Sequence record: MK773491.1
Strand: one strand, 5' to 3'
Length of the DNA stretch: 64,000 bases
Of the stretch, positions 30,008 through 41,300 are shown piece by piece (within the stretch, counting starts at the first letter, position 1; each line of letters starts with the position of its first letter). The position numbers and the translations under genes are program-made. The notes below the pieces were generated by a model that saw only the letters and a list, made by a program, of their open reading frames with translations, was not told where the DNA came from and made no database searches.

Positions 30008-30038
30008 TTGGGACAAATGAGATTTTATGTGATATAAT
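30008..30038 (+). promoter_or_regulatory. TTGGGACAAA / TGTGATATAAT promoter (copy 3)
   Basis: Upstream of clpA. Confidence 0.85.
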
Positions 30039-30077
30039 TGATTATGTCGTGCAAAATTCAACGAAGGAGAAGCACTT

Positions 30078-32348
30078 ATGAGTTACAGTTTTCAAGATTT
30101 ATACAATGATAGTAAAACACTTGCTCTAAGCCTAGGCCATGAGTTCATGACAATTGATCATCTAAGTGCAGTTGCTCTTAAAGTTCCAAGTGTTAAAGAA
30201 GCACTAGAATCTTTCGCGATTGACACGGATAAACTAAGTCAACGTATCGAAACTTATCTACGTGAAGTTCCGCCACCACAACTTCCAGTTTCGGTGAAAG
30301 AAGCTATTGCTTCACATCAAGTTCCAGTGTCAGTACTAGTGACACGTGTTATGTACGAACTAGAAAAACAATCAGTACTCGAACAATTAAAAAATGATGA
30401 TTTTACGATTGAAGGTTTCTTTGTTCTATTTGAATGTTTATCATTCTCCAACACGGCACTAGAAGTTGCTCTAAAAGAACAATCAATGTCCCGTTCTGAA
30501 GTTGCACGGTCTCTTCAGAATTATGTATCAGAACAACGTTCTGATGTAGATTTAACAAAAAGTGTTAAAACTGAACAAAAAGGAGGCCGTGTGGCTCAAC
30601 AGCAACCATCTTCTGGTAAGAAATCTATTGAAGATTACACTACCAACCTAACCGAGCTAGCTCGTGAAGGTAAACTCGATCCAATGATTGGTCGCGAAAA
30701 AGAACTAGTTGCTCTAATTGAAACGCTATCTCGTCGTACTAAGAAAAATCCATGCCTTACTGGTGAAGCAGGTGTTGGTAAAACACAGATTATCGATGGT
30801 CTAGCACAAGCTATCGTTGATGGTAATGTACCTGAGCACATGAAAGAACTAGAGATTCTTTCTCTTAACATGGGTTCATTCACTGCTGGTACTAAGTATC
30901 GTGGTGAGTTTGAAGAACGTGTTGATAATTTCCTAAAAGAAATTAAAAAGCGTGAGAACACCATTGTATTCATTGATGAGATTCACACTATCATGGGTGC
31001 TGGTTCCTCATCTTCCGGTACTATGGATATGAGCAACCTAATTAAACCAGCACTATCTCGTGGTGAAATTAGTGTTATTGGTGCAACTACATACGATGAA
31101 TATCGTCAACATATCGAGAAAGATGGTGCACTATCTCGTCGTTTCATGAAAATTGACGTAGTTGAACCAACATTTGAAGAAACTGCTGAAATCGTAAAAG
31201 GTATCAAATCCAAATACGAAGAGTTCCACGGTGTTACTTATGCTGAAGATGCTGTAGATGCAATCATGGAACTATCTAGTAAGTTCCTACAGAACCGCCG
31301 TTATCCTGATAAGGCTATCGACCTACTAGATGCGTCAGCAGCTAAAAACCGTACCAAATCAGGTACTAATCTAGTAGTTACCCGTAAAGATATTGAAGAA
31401 GTTGTTGCTGGCATCGCAAACCTAGAACTTTCTGTAGTTGCTTGTACTGAAAGTACTCGTATGCTAGAATTACCAGAACTACTACGTAAACGTGTGTTCG
31501 GTCAGGAAGAAGCAGTACAAAAACTTGTCGATAACGTAATGGTAGCTCGTGCTGGCCTACGTGATGCTGCAAGCGTACAAGGTGCATTTATGTTTGTCGG
31601 CCCATCCGGTACTGGTAAAACTGAAATCACCAAAGCTCTAGCTGATTCAATGGGTTCTAAACTAATTCGTTTCGATATGTCTGAGTTCTCTCAAGAACAT
31701 ACTGTTGCAAAACTAATTGGTTCACCTCCCGGCTATGTTGGTCATGACACTGGTAACGGTCTACTACTAGACCAAGTAGAGCAACATCCAAATGCTGTAC
31801 TACTACTAGACGAGATTGAAAAGGCACATCCTAAAGTACTACTAACCTTCCTTCAGGTTCTAGATGAGGGTCGTCTAACTGGTTCTAAAGGTAAAACTGT
31901 GTTCTTCAATAACGTAACAGTTATTATGACTACTAACCTAGGGGCAGCAGATTCCGAGAAACGTAGCATGAATATGGGTTCGAGTGAAACTGGTCAGGAT
32001 AAAGCTATTAAAGAATTCCTACCACCAGAATTCATCAACCGCATTGACGCAATTGTGAAGTTCAAAGAACTATCATCTGAAGCAATCGATAGTGTCATTG
32101 ACAAATTCATGTCACAAGTTTCTGCTGCTGTTGCATCACGTAATGTAACTGTAGTTCTAAATGATGATGCACGTGCATGGTTAGCGAAGAATGGCGTTCA
32201 ACGTGGGATGGGTGCACGTCCTATGAAACGGACTATTGAACAGAATATCCGTCTACCACTAGCAAAAGAAATGCTTTGTGGTTCACTGCAAAATGGTGGA
32301 GTTATCAAGTTCGGTGTTGAAGATAACAAAATCGTTATCGTAAAATAA
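30078..32348 (+). CDS. clpA: ClpA-like ATP-dependent unfoldase (two AAA modules, no ClpB middle domain)
   Basis: N-domain HEFMTIDHL, GEAGVGKT, GTKYRGEFEER, FIDEIH, GPSGTGKT, LIGSPPGYVG, LLLDEIEKAHP, GARP. Confidence 0.92.
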   Translation: MSYSFQDLYNDSKTLALSLGHEFMTIDHLSAVALKVPSVKEALESFAIDTDKLSQRIETYLREVPPPQLPVSVKEAIASHQVPVSVLVTRVMYELEKQSVLEQLKNDDFTIEGFFVLFECLSFSNTALEVALKEQSMSRSEVARSLQNYVSEQRSDVDLTKSVKTEQKGGRVAQQQPSSGKKSIEDYTTNLTELAREGKLDPMIGREKELVALIETLSRRTKKNPCLTGEAGVGKTQIIDGLAQAIVDGNVPEHMKELEILSLNMGSFTAGTKYRGEFEERVDNFLKEIKKRENTIVFIDEIHTIMGAGSSSSGTMDMSNLIKPALSRGEISVIGATTYDEYRQHIEKDGALSRRFMKIDVVEPTFEETAEIVKGIKSKYEEFHGVTYAEDAVDAIMELSSKFLQNRRYPDKAIDLLDASAAKNRTKSGTNLVVTRKDIEEVVAGIANLELSVVACTESTRMLELPELLRKRVFGQEEAVQKLVDNVMVARAGLRDAASVQGAFMFVGPSGTGKTEITKALADSMGSKLIRFDMSEFSQEHTVAKLIGSPPGYVGHDTGNGLLLDQVEQHPNAVLLLDEIEKAHPKVLLTFLQVLDEGRLTGSKGKTVFFNNVTVIMTTNLGAADSEKRSMNMGSSETGQDKAIKEFLPPEFINRIDAIVKFKELSSEAIDSVIDKFMSQVSAAVASRNVTVVLNDDARAWLAKNGVQRGMGARPMKRTIEQNIRLPLAKEMLCGSLQNGGVIKFGVEDNKIVIVK

Positions 32349-32380
32349 AAAAAGAGGGCGAAAGCCCTCTTTTTGTTTTT
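32347..32380. terminator. Bidirectional terminator (GAAA loop)
   Basis: AAAAAGAGGGC-GAAA-GCCCTCTTTTT between convergent genes. Confidence 0.85.
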
Positions 32381-32382
32381 TA

Positions 32383-35300
32383 TCATTTAAGTAATGATGA
32401 TAGTAATGTACCAGACACCTGTAACGATGAACTGAAAGTACTTAAAGGTATAACAGGATAGTTATTTGCATACATATACAATTTATCCTCTTTTCCTAAG
32501 TTTATCCCAACATCAGTGATTGGTGTAGGATAATAGATTTCAGCACTTCCCTTGTATCCTCTTACTGCATTTCCATTTCGACGAATAAGTAGTAATTCTG
32601 AATTCAAGGAAACAATATCACCCTCAGAACTAGAAACCCCATTCACAACGTTTCCAGTAATTGATGCTTGACCAACTGCTTTAGGTTGTGAAACGTAAGT
32701 AATATTCTCGATACTATCGTTAACAATTACCGTACAACGACTATTGGTTTGAATGAATACATTATCAACTAATGGTAAACCATAAGTCCAATGTCCTTCA
32801 TCTTCATCACCAACAGGTGGAACAAATACAGGTTTAATTGTAGATGTATTGTACTCGTATACATAAATCTGTAATGAATCTTCTAGTTTAGAGCGAACAA
32901 GTTCGCTTAACACACCTTCACCATAGATTGGTTGGTAGTATCCGTGGTCTATTTCTACACCATTTTCCTCAAACACTTCGTTGGAGATATACCATACATC
33001 ATAGTCATCTATGTCATATCCATCATCATATGAGCCACCATCCAACATAACATCGTAGAACACGTCATAATCCATCGCATCGACCGCATAGGAGCGTTCT
33101 GCTGAGTACTTGACATATTTGCTTGTCTTGAATTCGGCGTCGTTAAACGAGGTTACACGCACGATATTGATGCTTGTATAAGGAGCACCACGTAACCAAT
33201 CAGTACTTGCGTGAGTATATGTATTACTGAAAACTAGCCCAGCTACAGTTACTACATCACCATTTACCGCACTAACAGTGAACACACGTGGTCTGTTACC
33301 AGTACGAATGTTTGAAGCTGTTAGAATAGTTACGAATGAACCATCTACTGCGTTAGCTGCGTAATCTTCACCTTCTGGGGTGAACACTGCTACACTATCA
33401 CCGACTTTCAAACCATGATTACTGTCTAGACGAACACGACCATTTACGTTAATTACATCGTACACATGGCTTGAGTACTTAACTTCGTTATGGTATATTT
33501 GTGTTCTGTCCATTAATGCAATTGCCTCATCATAACGTGGAATACTGACTAGAGCTTCCGCTTTATTATAAGGGTTTAGGGTTATATAACATTCAACTTG
33601 GAAGTTGCCTTGATTTTTCAATTGAGGCATATTTTCTTCGTCGTAGGAATATCCATCAACTGTGAATCTAATTTGAGACATATCTTGTTTATTAGGGTTT
33701 AAATCCGAAATATCAATAAAATATGAGTCTTGTGTTGGATTAACAGTATCTTTTGCATTTAGTTCTATACGTTTGGTTTGAGATTCAAATGCTAAGTTAT
33801 CAAATGCATTCATATCATCGTAGTATGATTTGTCATTTGATGAAGTCATTAGTTTCTGATAATCAGAATACAATGGATTATTTTCATCAACTGGTAGATC
33901 ATCTAGATTTATTTCAGCAACGTAAACGTTATTCTGTCTTACAATGAATTCTTCTTCCATGAAGTCATCTAGACTTTGGTCGAATGGAACATCGAAATAT
34001 TGACCAGCATCATTACGAACTTGAACTAGTTTACGTGGGGCCATTACCATACAATAAGCATCAATATCACGATTATCTAGAATTGCTTTTGCGAATTCGT
34101 AATGGTCAGCACTATCTGGATCATATGAATTTCTCATAGCCGTTAGTACATAAAGTGCATCGCGATAGAATGAATCTTCCTGATTACCATCTTCATCTGG
34201 TGAAGTCAGTTCGTTCCAACAATATAAACCATATTCATATTGTAGATAGAAGTAGATTTCATCATGTGTGTAATTAGGATGTTCTTCTTTAACCAAATCT
34301 ACAATTGTTTCAAATAGATCACGAGAATGCATTATATAACCAAAGTTTTCACCATTACTTCCAGCAAAGCCGAATGGTAATCTAGTGTTTGGGTTATCAT
34401 CAATTGCAACACCTTTGAACGGGCAATCAACTTGTTCTTCAATAGAATCAACATCTAGATTAGTATAAAGTTTCAAACGGTTAGAAAGAGTATTATACAT
34501 TCTGTACTGTTGCATTGTAGTTGTAGATTCGTCGTTTGCTAACACATTCGTAGTTATTTCAAGAAGATCTTTGGTAAATTGTTCAGTTGCAGGAACATCG
34601 GCATTTAATTTCATATACATCATATCGACACCAGTTTCAAAACCTAGACCAATATCAAATGAATGATATTTCTTCATTAATTCAGTACCAATTTTGATTT
34701 GGATTAATGCAATGTCAGCTTCTGGTTGTGTATATACATAACGCTGTAGTTTATAATGACTTCCTTTAGTTAAAAAGTCTTGTTCATTACTTTGGTAACT
34801 GTTATTAACATTTTCCAAAACATTTACGTTAGGCATATTTTCATCAGGAACACATTGAACATTATCATAATGCATCATGATATCAATTTCTTGGAATCTT
34901 CTATTCGGTAATTCAAAATCACTTGGAAGAGAACCCTTCACTTCCCACTTGTTAGTGGTAGTATTATATTGTGCATATTCATAATCCCAAATATCTGCTT
35001 GTGATTTAACCCACTGTCCATCACGATAAATGTATCCGTTAGGATCTAAATCGTTTAGTAACCCGTTGATTTCATCAGAATCAGATGTTTTCTGTTCAAT
35101 TTGGGAGCGAATCTTAGTTCTATAAGGTTTTACTTCCTCAAAGTACGTAACAATCTGACCAATCAAGTCTTCACTATTTGAATAGTTCTGTTTAAGAGAC
35201 TGATCCAAACCAACAATATAGATGTAAGATGTTTTGAATACCCAATCAACGACAGTCTGTTCAACATGTACATATTTCACCATATCGAATACGATTTGAC

Positions 35301-38300
35301 TTTGATATCCATCAAATGAATTCTTTAGTAGAGCAAGTGCTTTACGAACGTTTATTTCAACGTTACTTAGAGAACCATCTTCTTTATATTGAGTGTAGTT
35401 GTTGTACAATTGGTTGTTTAACTCTACTGTACTATTCTGGCGACCAATGGCAGTCCAGATTAATAGATTACGTGAGCTATCCCTACGATATAGAGTCCAT
35501 ACACCATCAGCATCCGTTACGCGAATAATATCACCAACTTGATAGTTCTTAGAATTCGCAACTTCTAGCGATGCTTCAGCAGTATATTCAGTATCTTCGT
35601 TATAACCAACATCATACCAATCAGCTAATTTCCAATATTGAGTCATATCCAAGGAAGTTCCTAATGATTCAATATAGTCGGATTGTTTGATCATACTTTG
35701 CTGACCTTCACCTTTGTTTTCTAGCGTAATTGTTACCGCAGTACCAGATGTACTTGGGTTATTCATTAGACGAATATAACCGTTTTCGTCATAGTGTACA
35801 AAATACACGTTAGTACTAGTCAATGGAGATGGTAGTGTTCCATTAGAACTTACTAATACAGCATCATTCTCAAGGAATTTATCTTCATTAGTTGCAATTA
35901 CCAATTCATTATTAAAGGTTAGTACTTTAAAGCCAACTTCATTTGGGTTTACTTCAGTAGTTTTAACATTAAACACATCATTCATTACAACGGTGTTAGT
36001 TGTGATGTTTAAGTGACGATATACATCATTAGCTGCGTCAACAAATGTTCTACGAGCTTCAATGATATCTTTAAACCACACTTTGGATGAACCTAGACCC
36101 AATTCTGATTCAGGATAATGCAATTCTTGAACTTTACCATTACTTAATGGTTCTTGACCCATTAGTGAGTTCCATAGGGAATTCCAAATTGATGGGTTAA
36201 AGTTATAATTATCACCTTCTTTACAAAGTTGATACTGTTCATGCTTGACCACATCATCATGATCTTCTTTATATGTAATTGTTAGAATACTCTTATCATC
36301 TGTTACTTCATATTGCATGTCAGACATGATAAATGAGGTTTCAGAGATTGGGGAATACCAAGGAGTACTTAAAGTCAATGGATTCTTGATAATACGAGCA
36401 ATTTCTTGACAAGATTTATCACGATTCTTAACTTGTGGAACATAGATACTGTTTTTAACCCAGAAATAGTACTTATTCATATAAGACTGAGTAACAGTGT
36501 CATATTCAACAAATTGACAGTAGTTTTCTTCTATCGCTTCACCACTTGGAACATAAGAGTTTTCAGTTTTGTTCAATTTGGATTGCTCATCGCAATATCT
36601 TTCCCAATCGAAAGGTTCAACTGGTGAACAAACCCATTCATAAATGTTAATTTCAGAATGTGGTAGTAATTTACCCCAATTCACACGTTTGTACTCAAGA
36701 GTAGCAGTATTATCAACGTTACCGTTCTTATCATAGATAGGACGGGTATAGTCTAGGAAATATGCCTCTCTAGTATCCCACCAAACAGTACCTACTTTAT
36801 CACTAGCCCATGCCATTTCCTCTTCACCATTGCTATTATACAATGCTGGGTCATGCGAACCAATGAAACTTACGTTTGTCATCGCTGGCCCCGGTAGAAC
36901 ACCGTTAATTGGGTCATAAATGTTGATGTACAATTCAGTAATGTTTGTTTGTGAATTATAAGTCGTTGCTTTATCGAATAGCTTAGTTTCTGGTGCATTA
37001 TAACTATATTTTTTGTTAATATAATCATTCTTAGCAGAAGTGTTTGCAAATCGTGACACATAACGATATAATACAGGCTGTGGAGCAGAGAATGTCATAT
37101 CAATCGAAATATCAACTGGTACAATTAATTCATTAGCTGCTGTTCCAGCATTGAAGTACTGCATTTCTGATGCTAATAGGTCAGGCATGAAGTTAGTTTC
37201 ATCTACGAAGTAGAAGTAATCACCATCTTTCATTCCATGTGCTGCACTAAGAATTAATTTACAATGAGTTGTTGGTAAACCATTCTCACTTTCAATTGCT
37301 TCAATAGCAACTAGTTTAACACTAGTAGATACTAGGTTGAAAATATTCCAAGTATCTGTCATGTCATGGAACATCCAAACAGAGTTCGGTACTTCCCCGG
37401 TTTTAGCCATATAAGCTAAACGGTCAGCGTATGCTGTTTCGTAATCACGAGTTACGTAATCAATTTCATCCAATGTTACTGGCCCAATATCAGGTAGATT
37501 GATATTTTCACTTCTTCCACTACGAGTAGGGAAGGAAATAATACCTTTTGGACGAGTAATCCAACGAGAATCATCACCTTGTTTACCAAAGTACACAATG
37601 TTATTATCGCCCATATTTTCAGTAGCATTTATATCAAATGTTACCAATTGTGGTTGTTGTTTAAATTCATTGTTTACCAATTGGAATTGTAATGATTTAG
37701 TTCCATAGATATTACCATAAACACCAATTTTAAACGCCCATTCTTGTAATGCTTTATACTCATCAGTATTATAAGACTTAGATACACGCAATACACGCTC
37801 TAGTACTTGGTTAGAACCTTTATCACGAATATATCCTTTATAGAAGTTCACACGTGCTGGTTCGCTTGTAATCATCTGTAATAGATATTCACGAGATTGA
37901 TAACCAATTAAGTGACGACCTAAATCACGAAGACTAACGTTTGAAACAGGATCATCCAAATCATAGTAACGATGGAAATCAGTTACTAGAGTTTCGAAAT
38001 CTGGTAATGTACCAGCTTCTAGAACAATAAAGCCCGGTGCTTCCAAACGACCATTCCAGTTTCCAGTTACATAACCATACATACGAATTAGTTCTTGGAC
38101 TGAACCGTATACTGGAATATAAATTGAATCACCAAAAATGGTTACATCATCAAACACTACCGCATGTTCATATGATACTAGGCTCAAACGAATTAGTGCC
38201 ATGCGTTTATCAATATCATCACTAACACGAACTGTGAACACACTACCTAAACGAGTTGTTTCAATTTCATATGGACGAATACCGCTATTCTCATCATCTA

Positions 38301-41300
38301 GTAGTGACCAAACACCACCATTAAATTGCGTTACAGATTGTACTGAACCAAATTCAGAACCAAATTTAGCACTTGCAGTACTTGGTGATACTGAGATATA
38401 TTCACCACGTGATAGAGCTTCTTGGCTCCAAGCAAGGAAATCTTTACCGATTTGTTCCCAATCTTGAATAACACCATCTTCGTTTTGGTCTTCAAAAATC
38501 CAACCTTTAGATTCTAGGTATTGACCATAAGAGCATAAGAAAGTATATACTTCTTGGAACGAATTGAATACTGTTCCGTATTCATATTCTTTAGTTTCTT
38601 TTAAGTACTCAACATATGTTACTACACTGCGATTACCAACTTGAGTTGTAACTTTCTTGCCATTTTTATTTGGCATCTGAACTGTGAATTTAGCACCAAC
38701 TAAATCATATCCATCAATCTGATATGCAGAACCATTCCAAGTGATTTTTACAGCACTTAACACTTCGTTGCGAATAGCAGAACTTCTTACTAAGCCAATG
38801 TGCTGACTTTCAGTACTGATTAGACCGAAAGATTCAGAATAGAAGCTAAGTTGATCTTGCTTAGTGAACCCACCAAGTTTATGACCAATATTAATATAAG
38901 AAGAACGTAGTACATCACCATATTTGGTAGTAATGTTTTTATTCTGATATAGTAAGTTATCAGTGATTGCCATTTGATAACCAAGTACACGGTTATTATT
39001 TTCACCATTCACTAGAGTTTGTGAATTGAAGTTTAAACGCTTGTTAGTATCACCATATAGGAACTGGTAGTCATCCGTTACTACTTTCTTGAGAGTACTT
39101 CCACGAGTATCGTAGAAATAGTTCGCAAACTGTGCTGGTTTAGCACGATATAGCAATAGAGCTTGATCATAAGGGAACATACCAGTGTTCATGTAAGTGA
39201 ATTCCATGTCACCCATGTCACCATAAGCCCAAGGTTCTGAACGATGATTTAAAGCACCACTTACTAGCCCTAGAACTTCAGGGGCAATTAGTTCAAAATC
39301 GTAAATTGTTTCACCTGATGATGTTTGACCATTTGGTGTTAGTTTAAATGGTTGTTTACCACAACGTTTGTATTTGTCATACTGACCAGCACGAGAACCA
39401 AATAGAATCGTACCAGTGCTTGCATCACCTTTAATACTACCAACATCCCATAGTCCACTAGGAACTAGGTCACCATTCTCATCAACTACTTCAGCAGTGT
39501 ATACAGTTACAAAATCAGTTGCACCTTCACCAATACGAACGATAGTCGGTTCGTATTCTTGGTTCCACCAAGCAGGACGTTGAGCAAAGCCAAACATTTC
39601 CCACGGATGAGTTGCAGGACGGTAAGTACCGTACATGTCAGTGTAAATTCCACGCCATGAACCACGAGCAGGATAATCAGTTACTTTTCCATCAACAACA
39701 TAAGTAGTTCCGGTGTAGTTCCAAGTCATCCAATTACTTTGGTCATAGTTGTTAGTACTGTTACTAATACCATTAGTTGCGATGAAGTTAATGTAACCAC
39801 GTAATAATAGAGTATTATATTCAGAAGAATCATAATCAGTATTAGGGTTAAATGGAGTAGGGAATAGATCACTAGCATCCATTGGTGGTTCATAATCAAC
39901 AACTTTAAATGAGTTATCAATACTATTAAAAATACGGTTTTCTAATTCATAAATTACATCATCCATCTTATCGATGCCGTTAATAACTTTGTATGCTTTA
40001 GAAATAATACCAGTATGGCTTACGTTGTAGCAGCCCAATTCTTTACCAGCATAAATGTATGTTGCTTTTTGTGGTGTATATGCTTTTAGAATACCCATAA
40101 ATTGTGGTGTAGGTGGAATAAAAGTACGGTTAGTACCGACGCTACTACCTACAGCATCTAAGAAGAATGGGAATGTATTATTTTTACCAACATTGATAGT
40201 ACTGAAAATAGCATCAACGATATTAGAAGCACTATTCGCAAGGAAAGCTGCTTTATCATCATTGTACATATTAACCATTTGAGTATTGAATTTATTCAAG
40301 AAGCGGAAATATTCTGATTGTAAGAACATAAATGCTTCGAATAGGTCAATATCCTCATTAGCAGTGTTTAGCATTAATGGTAGCATTGATGCTTCGTTCT
40401 GGATGATTTGAGTACCAACAGAGTTGTCAACTAGGCCAGCTTCTAGACGTTCTTCATAGTTGTTGAAATCATCTACTGTACCTTTTGTAATATTTTTACG
40501 TACAATTTCTCGGAAATGTGGAGTATAATCGCCTTGGTGAATATACTTGATATTTTCATTATACGGGTTGTTTTTTAGGTTGATTGGAATCTCATAAGAA
40601 CCGAGATTAAAATCAGGAGTTACTTCTTTACTATATGTACGAATACAAATAACAGTATCTTCATCGATATCTACTTCATTGTCGATTGTTACATAATCAA
40701 TCATACCATCAGTGTTTAGCTGGACAGTATAGTTTTCAGTTTTTACACCGTTGATATCAATTTCAATAGTTTCATTTGGGTTATTTGGGTTAATTTTTTG
40801 TGCTACTTCATATTTGTGATTATACACATCATAAGAAGCTGCTTGTTCATTAGTACGGTGCCAATCCATGAAAGTGCTGTTTTCGGCTTTGTAATAACGA
40901 TAGGTTGCATCAACGCTACGAACATATGCAAACATATTTTCTAGTGGTGATTCAAAGTTTTCCATTTCGTCAACAGTGTCGAATACACGATACATTGCTG
41001 TTTTTGTTACTTCTGGGACTTGGAATACATATTGTTTGGAATTCTCTTTAGAACGAACCCAATCAGTTTTTAGAGTGCCAACCATTTCACCATCAACTTC
41101 ATTGATAACGTTATAGTAATATAAACCTTGAATTTCAGTTGTTACACCTAGTTTATCAAACTCATAGCGAATACTTTGTAGGAAGTTCTCAAATACATAA
41201 TAGTTGTATGAGCTTAGTTCTACGTTAGTGTCATAAATGCTACTGTAGTTGTAATCAAAGTTAACTTTTAAACCAAATAATGAAGAACCCTTGAAGTTAG

